Positions 52,936 through 61,374 of a DNA stretch of 64,000 nucleotides are shown here, piece by piece. The notes beneath the pieces were generated by a model that had not been told where the DNA came from, searched no databases, and saw only the letters and a program-made list of their open reading frames with translations. The stretch comes from a virus. A program made the translations under genes and the position numbers. The stretch spans positions 885 through 64,884 of the IMG/VR virus record IMGVR_UViG_3300036790_000049; one strand, given 5' to 3'. Numbering within the stretch: position 1 is the first letter of the stretch; each line of letters opens with the position of its first letter.

Positions 52936-53847
52936 CGTCGCCCCTCGCTCTCCGCTCCATGCGCTGTCGCGCTTGATCCACACGGCGTGACGCCAGGTCT
53001 GTAGCTGCCTGGCGCCGCATTCTCGGGTCTAGCATCATTCTTTGCTGCATCGTGAGCTTCGGCTGCCGCTTCCGCAGTCCCGGCCGCCGTATCCGGTCAG
53101 GAGGTGAGTGCCGCGTTCCCTTCGGCGAGTGCGACATGAGGTACATGTGCTGCATGCTCCTCATCTCGTCAACTAGCAACGCGATTAGCATCTCCAGTTG
53201 TGACCACGGACCCTCCGCCGGATCGCCCGTCGCCGTGCTCTCCTCAACATCTCCGCGCTCCACTGCGCGCTGCCGCTTGACCCGGAGTCCAGTCATCGTT
53301 GCTGACTCCGGTGGCAGGTATTCCAGAAGGTTGGCGAACTTCCGCCAGGTCAGCTTGCTATCCGGCCGGTACAGGTCGTCTAGGTCAAGCTGGTAGTACC
53401 TCTGAAAGTCTGCGCTTAGCGCTTTCGCCTGCGTTGAGAGGATCGAGACGAGCGACTGGATTTTCCCAATCCGCCCGCCAGCCCAGCATGCAGGGTGATG
53501 CTCTGCACTACCTTTTGGATCTGGTAGTTCTTGATGTCGGATGAGGCCCAGTGCCGGAAGTCGTCTTCCGACAATACTCCCTTTGCCCAGCCGGTGAAGT
53601 CTCCCATGGACATCATCCGGGAATAGATGTACTCCCAGCTATCCATGTGCGGGAAGACGAGCACCTTGCCGTTGATCTTCATCCGGAGGGGTCGGCCGAT
53701 GTCAGCCCTGAGAGCCGCGTCCTGCTCGTCAAGATCAACATCGACCTCTTCCTCGTCCTCGTCCTCTTCTACCTCTTCGGCCTGACGATCTTTCGTCTCG
53801 GCCTGAATCCGCGCTCTTTCGGCGGACTGCTTTTCTGCATCTGCCAT
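52928..53847 (-). CDS. tail assembly chaperones (short form 53416..53847; long form via -1 frameshift to 52928)
   Basis: Slippery G GGA AAA at 53467-53461; the -1 frame is open (IQSLVSILS...DFQRYYQLDL..LTWRK) and joins ORF 52928..53296. Confidence 0.85.
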
Positions 53848-53927
53848 TTCGGCCTCCTCGCCAGTCCCGTTACGGGACCATTTACAGCGCTATTGCAGCG
53901 CTTTCCTTAGACCGCTACGGCCGCCTG

Positions 53928-54518
53928 TCAGCTAAAGAAAGCGGACAGGTCCAGCGAGCCGTAGTTGATGTACCGCTGCAACGCGGTACGCCCGGAACCG
54001 ACGGTTGCCGGGTAGAACTGGAGGGTCATCTGGAGTGACGTCGCGTCCGCCTGCTGCACCTGGTCATTGCCACGGTCGGTGACCTTGCCGTTGGGCGCGA
54101 AGAGGCGGATGAGCTTGTCGTTGTCAACTCCGTCGAACACGAAGCAGTACCGGTTGTCCGAGGGGACCTCCGGCATCTGGTAGATCGCGATCTCGTCGGT
54201 CGGCTCCAGCAGGGAGATGTCCACGTCGTCATACAGCGCGCGGACGGCCGGGTTCATGTCCTCCAGATAGGTTGCCTGGAGGGTCTTCGGCGCTCCGGTA
54301 GTAATGGTACGGATCGGGTCGAGTGTCCCGGCCGCGTTGATGTCCTTGAGCGCTTCGGCCAGCTTGTAGATATAGCCGGACGTGTCCAGCCATCCCAGGC
54401 AGACCCACGGCGTTTCCAGGGTCTCGAATCCGGTTGGCGCGTCGGTGCCGAGTGCGGCGTAGTAGCCCACAACATCTCCGCCAGCAAAGACGTTATCGGC
54501 GTTCCTTGTGTCTGTCAT
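53928..54518 (-). CDS. major tail protein
   Basis: G..AP......W..LG.....G; position before the chaperones. Confidence 0.85.
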   Translation of the reverse strand: MTDTRNADNVFAGGDVVGYYAALGTDAPTGFETLETPWVCLGWLDTSGYIYKLAEALKDINAAGTLDPIRTITTGAPKTLQATYLEDMNPAVRALYDDVDISLLEPTDEIAIYQMPEVPSDNRYCFVFDGVDNDKLIRLFAPNGKVTDRGNDQVQQADATSLQMTLQFYPATVGSGRTALQRYINYGSLDLSAFFS

Positions 54519-54532
54519 CGTCCTCTCCGTTT

Positions 54533-54970
54533 TCAGAGATGCGTGTGCAACTCGTAAGTCGCGCTGTATCTAACTAGATCCTGGTTTATGTCCGGAAGCC
54601 ATGACGGCCCCTTGACACAGGAAGCCATTTGAACGACTCCCTGATCCGTAACCAGGTTTCGGATTCCCGCCATCATTCCCTGAATGAACGTAGAGCACGA
54701 AGACGACTCCGCGTAGGACGGTGCCAGTACATCGATGTCCACGATCGGACGGTCAGTGAACCTGTTTCGGTTCGCGCCCGACGCCCGCGTTACGCGAACG
54801 GTCGTTACCGGAAACGTCTCCGGGAAATCCTGGCACACCCGGTAGCCGTCTCCCTCGCCCATACCCTCTACGGGGCGCAGCGCGGGAAGCTGTGTGTCTA
54901 GCCACCCGATGAGGAGTAGCTCTACATCCGGGAATCCCTTGAGACCGGGAGACGGCGCAGGGTTAGTCAC
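54533..54970 (-). CDS. tail terminator protein
   Basis: FPDVE.LL..WL; V.R.SG; VDIDVLA; RY.ATY. Confidence 0.75.
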   Translation of the reverse strand: MTNPAPSPGLKGFPDVELLLIGWLDTQLPALRPVEGMGEGDGYRVCQDFPETFPVTTVRVTRASGANRNRFTDRPIVDIDVLAPSYAESSSCSTFIQGMMAGIRNLVTDQGVVQMASCVKGPSWLPDINQDLVRYSATYELHTHL

Positions 54971-55304
54971 GGGTAGCCTCCACCGCATTCATCAGCGTAT
55001 GGTGCCCCCGCTGCCTGCTCGTGCCTTTCTCCACGATGAGCGCTTCTGGGGCATCGTTGTACACGAGACCCTCCGCGCGATCGTGCTTGAATCCGCCCTT
55101 ATCCGTTGCACTGGTACCGAACGACCGGGCGTAGCGTCCGGAATGCGGGTCACGCCGGGGGTTGCCGACAGGGGCCGCTGCCTCTGCCGCTTCCTTGATC
55201 AGATCCACGCGCCGCTTCATCTCTTCAACCATGAATGGAGAGCGCAGCATTTCGCCTATGCCCTCGTAAGAGAAGCTCACCCGTGAGCGGAATGCCCCGG
55301 CCAT
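54963..55304 (-). CDS. HK97 gp10-like neck protein
   Basis: APV.....SGRY..S...A.V.NDAP.A..VE.GT......H.L. Confidence 0.75.
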   Translation of the reverse strand: MAGAFRSRVSFSYEGIGEMLRSPFMVEEMKRRVDLIKEAAEAAAPVGNPRRDPHSGRYARSFGTSATDKGGFKHDRAEGLVYNDAPEALIVEKGTSRQRGHHTLMNAVEATRD

Positions 55305-55305
55305 A

Positions 55306-55683
55306 TCAGTCTCCGTCCGATCCGCTTGAGGTATGAGCCGAGCCGCCCGTAACCTCACGCAGATTGAGCATAACCGGTGTCGTGAGGCTCGTGAACGGTG
55401 AGGTCCACTGTGACGGGTCACCGGTTACCTGGTAAGTGTGCCCGGAATACAGAATCCGGTCTAGCGGAGTAGGCGTTACGCCGTCTGGAGGAACGAGGTA
55501 GAGCTTGGCATTCCCGATGATCTCCTCTGCACCTTGCGTGCTTTCCGAAGTCTGCTCGGGAACCCATACACAGTTGTTCACCGTGTAATTCACAGCCTCA
55601 TAGGTGTCATTGCCGCGATCGTCCGGCTTACCGACCGTTACGGCCTGGTAAGTTACGGTTACCCCGCCTGCGAACGACACCAT
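55306..55683 (-). CDS. head-to-tail stopper
   Basis: D.RGND......C...P; DRI...G..YQV.G.P..W.SPF. Confidence 0.8.
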   Translation of the reverse strand: MVSFAGGVTVTYQAVTVGKPDDRGNDTYEAVNYTVNNCVWVPEQTSESTQGAEEIIGNAKLYLVPPDGVTPTPLDRILYSGHTYQVTGDPSQWTSPFTSLTTPVMLNLREVTGGSAHTSSGSDGD

Positions 55684-55689
55684 TGCGGC

Positions 55690-56328
55690 TTACCTCAGTT
55701 CCACAAATGACGTTGCCTGGCTTTCCCGGAAGTCCCGGAGAATTTCCTTGTCCGACTGAGTGATCGCCACGAGCACACCGCCGCCACCGCGTTCCAGCCG
55801 GTAGCTGTACGGGCCGATCGTCTCACCGATGAGACCGGAAGCCATTGTCGGAGCCTGCAATACTGCCAGAGCCGCGTTGGCCACTACCATGACTACTTCA
55901 TCCGGTACATCGTGGAATCCGTGGTTGTAGGTAACCTGGAAAGTCCGGTACAGGTCGGTGTACTCCCACCAGGCTTCCGGAAGGTTGAGGATCGAGTGGG
56001 AGCCGGGATCGATCCGGACAGAATCTATCTGGTCGAATACGAACCACGGCAGGTTGATGTCGGGCAGTCCCTCTCCGCTGCTGCCCTTGGCCACGACGGC
56101 GGTAACCGCGTCGATCGGCTTGCCCGGCAGCTTGATCTCGGAGTCGTGCATATGCACGTTGACGACATCACCAGTGTGGTAAAGGAAGTCCTTTTTGCAG
56201 TAGCGCCGGACCTGCACCGACGCATCACGCAAAAGAGACTCGGCCCGCACCGCCTGGGAAGCGGAGAGCGGCGCACCGAGCCTTGCAACGATGTCGTCGG
56301 TGGATGCCAATGGTGGCAGCGGAGCCAT
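55690..56328 (-). CDS. head-to-tail adaptor
   Basis: LAS.DD...RLG; VTY.HG...VP; ETIGPYSY. Confidence 0.8.
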   Translation of the reverse strand: MAPLPPLASTDDIVARLGAPLSASQAVRAESLLRDASVQVRRYCKKDFLYHTGDVVNVHMHDSEIKLPGKPIDAVTAVVAKGSSGEGLPDINLPWFVFDQIDSVRIDPGSHSILNLPEAWWEYTDLYRTFQVTYNHGFHDVPDEVVMVVANAALAVLQAPTMASGLIGETIGPYSYRLERGGGGVLVAITQSDKEILRDFRESQATSFVELR

Positions 56329-56355
56329 TCGCCCTCCTCCCCTGCTCTAGGCTGC

Positions 56356-56392
56356 GGCCCCGCTCCCCCGGCGAAGTGAAGGGAGCGGGGCC
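56356..56392 (-). terminator. hairpin after the major capsid gene
   Basis: GGCCCCGCTCCC ... GGGAGCGGGGCC 12-bp stem. Confidence 0.6.
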
Positions 56393-56407
56393 TGCCGTGG
56401 GGAGGGG

Positions 56408-57424
56408 TTAGCTGGCGGTCGCGTAACCGGAGGTCGCGATAGCGCCGAACGGCCAGCGCATCGTGGTGTCCCCGGCACCGTCGATCGAGTCGGACGGCTG
56501 CATGATCGTGACCGGGTTCGCAGTCGCGTACGCGAGACGCATGACCAGCCGCATCGCAACCGCGTCCTGCTGCATCAGGTTCATGACCACGTTGCCCGAG
56601 TCGTCGGAGATGACGGCCTGGTCGAACAGCTTGAAAGACATGTCCTGGCGCATGCCGATGATGGCCTTGGAGAAGTCCCCGGCCAGAAGCTGCGCCTTGC
56701 CCGCGTCCCACGAGCCGTTGTCCACCATGGACAGCTTGAAGCCGTACAGCGCGCCGTTCGGCCCCTCGTTCATGTTCATCTGGAAGATCGGGATGCCCTG
56801 CTCCGACCGGATACCGGCCAGCTTCCAGTTGAGACCCGGACGCGCGACGAACCCGTTGACCGTGTAGCCGGTCTGAGACAGGTAGTCCCCGAGCGCAGTC
56901 ACGGACTGGCCGAAGTCGGTCGCGACCTCGGTCGTGCCGCCACCGTCGTCCAGGTAGCCGTCGGTCACGATGTTGCCGGATGCCTCGACGCCCGAGAAGA
57001 TGTCCGTGCCCCACGTGCTGGGCTTGTTCTGACCCCAGAACACGGCCTTGTCGATCATCTGGCCCGCAGCCTCAGCCATCCTCGGCCGGATCTCGTCCCA
57101 CAGCGGAACGTCGGCGTCGTCCAGGTAAGCCTCGGGGATCGGGATGATGGTCGCCAGTTCCTCGACCACCATGAAAACGTTCTTCCACGCGGCCTGCGAG
57201 GTCTGCTTGAGGCCGGTGTCGCCGTTCACCCAGTACGAGACGGGCAGAACGTCCAGGACCGGCATGCGCCAGGTCTTGGACGACAGCGGGACCGACTTGA
57301 GCATGGTGAGTGCCGCGCTGTACTTCGGCATCTCCTGGATGATCTCGGCGCTCAGCGGCTCCGGGACCAGTGAGTCAGATCCGCCCGATGTACGGGAGAC
57401 CTGCTGATTGTAAACGCCAGCCAT
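56408..57424 (-). CDS. major capsid protein (HK97 fold)
   Basis: LVPE..S.EII; MPVL..LP..YWV.GD.G.KQT; EELA.I.PIP; MQQD.VA.R..MR. Confidence 0.9.
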   Translation of the reverse strand: MAGVYNQQVSRTSGGSDSLVPEPLSAEIIQEMPKYSAALTMLKSVPLSSKTWRMPVLDVLPVSYWVNGDTGLKQTSQAAWKNVFMVVEELATIIPIPEAYLDDADVPLWDEIRPRMAEAAGQMIDKAVFWGQNKPSTWGTDIFSGVEASGNIVTDGYLDDGGGTTEVATDFGQSVTALGDYLSQTGYTVNGFVARPGLNWKLAGIRSEQGIPIFQMNMNEGPNGALYGFKLSMVDNGSWDAGKAQLLAGDFSKAIIGMRQDMSFKLFDQAVISDDSGNVVMNLMQQDAVAMRLVMRLAYATANPVTIMQPSDSIDGAGDTTMRWPFGAIATSGYATAS

Positions 57425-57472
57425 TACTGGCTACCCCTTTCCGTAGGCAGTCGGCAAGACCGGCTGCGCTGG

Positions 57473-58222
57473 TTACCTACGACCGATCATGTCCCGGAAC
57501 GCGTCGTTGCCGGAGAACGTCCCAGTTTGACCGGTCGGTGTCCCGCCCGGCCGAAGAGATTCGATCGGCCTGTTCCCTCTCGGGAAGCCGTTGCCCCGGA
57601 TACCAGGGAGCCCGTTACTGCCCGTCATCTCCTGCACCTTGGCGTTGACCGCCTCAGTGATCGCATTCGACAGAGTTTCGGCGCGAGCACCGATCTCATC
57701 TTCGGTCCCGGAACCCAGGAAGTCGATGAACTCGGGTCCGAGGTTGTGCCCTGCCGCCGCCAGTAGCCGGTGCGACTGCGCCTGCGCCTCGCGAGCGTCC
57801 ATCTGTGCCCGCGTAGCCGCTTCCTGCGCCCGCTGCAATTCGGACTTCTGAGCGTCCTCCATGTCCTGGAGCTTTTTGACCGCAGCGTTACCGGCCTTAG
57901 CGCGCTTTTCCTGCTCTCGCGCGGCTAGCTGTAGCTGCCGTGACCGGGCACGCTCGTTCTCCAGCTGCTGCTCGATCGAAAGACCCGCGTTCGGGTCGGC
58001 TGTACCAGTGCCGTTGTCGTTCCCGGACTGGTTGTCCGAACCGGAGTTGTCGCCAAGCAGCGCGCCAAGTGCCGCGTTGCCGTCGAATGCATCTCCGCCA
58101 CCGTCGCCGGTACCTGCGGAACTTCCGGAACCTCCGTTAGTTCCGCCCTGGTTACCTTGCGGGTCTTGCGCTCCTGCGCCAACGCCAGGGTTACCCTGGT
58201 CACCGGCTCCTGTGTGAGACAT
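57473..58222 (-). CDS. capsid scaffolding protein
   Basis: Gly/Asp-rich N-terminus, coiled coil SELQRAQE, RP.E.LR.G C-terminus; position before capsid. Confidence 0.8.
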   Translation of the reverse strand: MSHTGAGDQGNPGVGAGAQDPQGNQGGTNGGSGSSAGTGDGGGDAFDGNAALGALLGDNSGSDNQSGNDNGTGTADPNAGLSIEQQLENERARSRQLQLAAREQEKRAKAGNAAVKKLQDMEDAQKSELQRAQEAATRAQMDAREAQAQSHRLLAAAGHNLGPEFIDFLGSGTEDEIGARAETLSNAITEAVNAKVQEMTGSNGLPGIRGNGFPRGNRPIESLRPGGTPTGQTGTFSGNDAFRDMIGRR

Positions 58223-58309
58223 CTTTGCCTGCCTTCTGCATTACGCTTATTGGCTGGAGGACACTATAGCGCACGCTAGCCCGTTCCGGGCACCGTGCCT
58301 GCGGAAAAG

Positions 58310-58585
58310 CTACTTTGAGCCGCTCGCGGTAACCGTTTTCGTGGAACCGTCGGAACTCCAGTTGTCTGGAATCATCGACGTGAACCCGAGCCGCTTCGCT
58401 TCCTTCATGATGAACTTGCGGATCGTGTTGTGATTACCGCTGCCCCTGCCCACTGCCAAGATGGCATTGTGCAAGTCCTGCCGGTTGCGGATGTAGTAGC
58501 GGGGATTTCCCCCGGGCTGAGCCGGTGCCATCGCATGGCCCTGACTCTTGAGGGTACGCAACTGATCCGCAGTTGGATTGGCCAT
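58310..58585 (-). CDS. small head-module protein
   Basis: Y.I.N..DL.NAI.A.GR......IRK.I...A..LG....IPD.W. Confidence 0.7.
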   Translation of the reverse strand: MANPTADQLRTLKSQGHAMAPAQPGGNPRYYIRNRQDLHNAILAVGRGSGNHNTIRKFIMKEAKRLGFTSMIPDNWSSDGSTKTVTASGSK

Positions 58586-58596
58586 GTCTCACCTCC

Positions 58597-59406
58597 CTAT
58601 TGGCCTAGTTGGAGACTTCCCTTATTGTCCCAGTACTTCCGCCATGCCTTAATGGCGGCTTTGCCCGAGAGACCGCGCGTTGCGCGCTGCCATTCCTGGG
58701 CCAAGTCCTTGCTGGTTAGGGATTTTACATCCTGCTTGCGGAAAACGGGAGCCGCAGTGCACGCGCAGTGATTATGCGCCTCGAAACCAGCCGACTGAGC
58801 AGTTTTGTAGACCGCTCCACGAGATGCCAGCATCGCGCAGAAGTAGCACGGGTTACCGGAGGTGATCCGGGCCCACGCAATGGCCTTCGGATCGGCCTTA
58901 ACCGTGTCCAGGACAACGCCACGGCCTGCCGACAGGGCCATCCGGCTCATCGCGCCTGCCAGATTGACTCCTCCGCGCTGGAATGCCTGCTGTAGCGGCT
59001 GACCCTGCTTGATGTCGTGCAGTAGCCGCCCCGGACCCGTCATGTCGAGTACCTGACTAGCTACCGGGAGGTTTAGCGCGGGGGAAGTATTGTCAAATCG
59101 TGGCAGATCCTGGGTAATTCCGGCAAGCTCGCGCGACATTGTGTAGAAATCCTGCGCCGACAGTGCCGACTGGCGGAAAGCTGACTGCAATTCGGCCATC
59201 ATCGCGGCGCGAACGGCAGGCCAGGACGATTTGATCTTGGAAAGATCGAGATGACCCCAAAGTCCGAGCACGTCACGCACGAGGATGGCAGCCAAAACGG
59301 CCTCAGCGAGCCGGTGAGACGTCGCGGCTTGGGAGGCTATACCCGTGGTAGCCCCGGCCGAGATCGCCCCGCTGTGAGGATTTGAGAGCCTTACAGGGAC
59401 AGTCAC
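58597..59406 (-). CDS. MuF-like / capsid maturation-associated protein
   Basis: R..L..GR; WAR.T....C.FC.MLASRG.VY; H..C.C. Confidence 0.8.
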   Translation of the reverse strand: MTVPVRLSNPHSGAISAGATTGIASQAATSHRLAEAVLAAILVRDVLGLWGHLDLSKIKSSWPAVRAAMMAELQSAFRQSALSAQDFYTMSRELAGITQDLPRFDNTSPALNLPVASQVLDMTGPGRLLHDIKQGQPLQQAFQRGGVNLAGAMSRMALSAGRGVVLDTVKADPKAIAWARITSGNPCYFCAMLASRGAVYKTAQSAGFEAHNHCACTAAPVFRKQDVKSLTSKDLAQEWQRATRGLSGKAAIKAWRKYWDNKGSLQLGQ

Positions 59407-59588
59407 CTCCGACCTGCACCTTTACCCCGGCCCAGACGCGATACGCGGATAAGCGTGTACTTATCTGCTTTACCGCCCGGACGCGGCGTCTTGACCTGCG
59501 AGCTTCCAGGTCCGGGTTCCGGGATGAGCGGATCGGTGTCTTCCGATCTCTTGACGTACTGGTCGTACACGCCGCCTGCCATCGTCAC
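59403..59588 (-). CDS. small hypothetical protein
   Basis: GTGA overlaps on both sides. Confidence 0.5.
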   Translation of the reverse strand: MTMAGGVYDQYVKRSEDTDPLIPEPGPGSSQVKTPRPGGKADKYTLIRVSRLGRGKGAGRR

Positions 59589-61366
59589 ACTCCCTGCTCG
59601 CGCGCCTCGTACTGCTGGTATGAACCGGACGCCGGGGTCTGCTGCGGAGTCGTGCTTTGCAGTCCCTTGCTCTGTGCCTTCTCGATGAGGTCGGCCAGTT
59701 CCTCAAGCACGCCGGGCTGAGCGAGCGAAGCCTTCCAGCGTGCCACATCCTGAGCGGAGACGCCGGGAATGCGGGACCAAAGCTCGGGGGCGGGAACGCC
59801 TAGCATCTGGCTCATCTTGCTGAGCGCATCCACCGTCGCGGCGAACGCGCGTGCGGAGGTGTCGCGCCATATCGGCTGAGCGCCGTTGTCCTTCGCGCTC
59901 TTGTCGTCACCTGCCGCGTGTGAGGCCAACTGGAAAGACTGCTTCCACGGCTCGTCTAGCGTGCCCTGTAGCTCCTGCACCTTGCGGTCCAGTCCGTCAC
60001 GCGCTGCCGCGAGCGCTTCCGCCGACAGGTTGGCTACAAGTCCCAGGAGGTGGTACGGGGGAACTTGCCCGATAGTGGACATGTGCCGGATCGAGGCTTC
60101 TATCGAGTTGAGGTAGTCGCCTAGCTCGGTCTGCGAGAACTCACCGAACTTGGTTCCCGGGTCTTCCGCCATCCAGAGCCGGTCGATACCTGCGCGGAAC
60201 GGCTCTTTGGCACGGCCGGTTTCGTCGGTCGGGTCGAATCCGGAAACCCACCGCTGCCGGAACGCGCCGAACTGCTCCGCGATGAGCAGGTCGAACGTGG
60301 TCATGTTGATCTGATCCTGCAACGGCATGAGCGGCTCTACCTCGCCCATCACGTCTAGCTCGCCGTCTAGGTCGATCTCGTGCTGGAACCTGACGATCGG
60401 GCAGACCCCGAGACCGTGCTCGTCCACCCGGCTCGCGCCGTACGGCAGGATGTCATCGGAGTTCGGCCACCGTGGCGCGCGTCCCTGGTCTTCTGCGATC
60501 ATCGTGTACCGGTTGGTGTCGTCGTAAAGCTGGATCACCCGGAACTTTCCCTTGGTCGTGTTCATCGGGAACTCTTCCAGAGCGTAAATCGGCCACTCGT
60601 CGTCCGACTCGTCCGCATAGAAAGCGGTGAGCCGCTTGGGACTGACTGGCTTCATGACCGCTGACAACTGTTCCGCGTCCGGCTGTGACCCGGCCGTCTC
60701 CTCGTTGAACATCTCGGCTGGCAGGATCTTCATATAGCTCAGCCCGTACTTCATGACCGACCGGTACAGGCCGTGCTGCCGCGACATCATCCGGTTGGCC
60801 AGGAAGATCTTCCAGGGTGCCGAAGTCGTCTCCTCGGTCGTGTCGTCAAACAGGAGGTCGGTGGGGATCACCACGGTTGCACCGGGCGTTCCCTGCTGAG
60901 CCGGAACCTGCGGAACCTGCGGAACCGAGGTCTGGTCTAGTGACACGCCGGGGTGATTCGCGAGTGCTTGCGCTCCGGGGTCGGTGGGCGCCACGGCTGG
61001 CGGAGCGGGCATTCCCGGAGTCGGCGCATTCGGGGGTTGTCCTGGTGGCGGCGGTGCGGTTCCGGGAGTTCCGGGGGTTCCGTCCACGTTGACACGGATG
61101 TTCTTGGGCATCGGCCCCGGACTCATCCGGTAGCCGTCAAGGTGCAGGTTCTCGGCAATGACCGAGACTACCAGCGGCAGGAAGTTGACCTTTGCCCTGT
61201 CGCGAATCCAGTTGTACTCGGTCTTCGCACCTCGCGGCGTGTACACCGAGTCGTGGTGTCCCTTGTAGTACCGGTTGATCTTGTTCATCCGGTGAAGCTC
61301 GCGTTGCCGGTAACGCAGGATACTCGCCGCAACCTGGGGCACTTGATCCTGGGGTAGCGTTGCCAT
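59585..61366 (-). CDS. portal protein (SPP1 gp6-like) with Pro-rich insertion
   Basis: YY.G.H; N.LPLVV; GE.EPL..LQD.IN; F.QRW..G; KFGEF.Q.EL; NLSAEAL; WRDT..R. Confidence 0.9.
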   Translation of the reverse strand: MATLPQDQVPQVAASILRYRQRELHRMNKINRYYKGHHDSVYTPRGAKTEYNWIRDRAKVNFLPLVVSVIAENLHLDGYRMSPGPMPKNIRVNVDGTPGTPGTAPPPPGQPPNAPTPGMPAPPAVAPTDPGAQALANHPGVSLDQTSVPQVPQVPAQQGTPGATVVIPTDLLFDDTTEETTSAPWKIFLANRMMSRQHGLYRSVMKYGLSYMKILPAEMFNEETAGSQPDAEQLSAVMKPVSPKRLTAFYADESDDEWPIYALEEFPMNTTKGKFRVIQLYDDTNRYTMIAEDQGRAPRWPNSDDILPYGASRVDEHGLGVCPIVRFQHEIDLDGELDVMGEVEPLMPLQDQINMTTFDLLIAEQFGAFRQRWVSGFDPTDETGRAKEPFRAGIDRLWMAEDPGTKFGEFSQTELGDYLNSIEASIRHMSTIGQVPPYHLLGLVANLSAEALAAARDGLDRKVQELQGTLDEPWKQSFQLASHAAGDDKSAKDNGAQPIWRDTSARAFAATVDALSKMSQMLGVPAPELWSRIPGVSAQDVARWKASLAQPGVLEELADLIEKAQSKGLQSTTPQQTPASGSYQQYEAREQGV

Positions 61367-61374
61367 TCCCTCTC

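Larger units (their letters stand above)
1041..61084. repeat. dispersed family of 27-bp elements made of 3 tandem 9-bp units (RGTTCCGNN / NCGGAACY)
   Basis: 21 clear copies starting near 1041, 3968, 5538, 12682, 13906, 15856, 17052, 23160, 27818, 29668, 33020, 33557, 33772, 35897, 37923, 39208, 39607, 45281, 58107, 60901, 61058. Confidence 0.9.

Noticed and set aside
60830-61130. Portal insertion as an intein or intron
   Set aside because: No N-terminal Cys/Ser block, no terminal His-Asn, frame uninterrupted, low-complexity composition.
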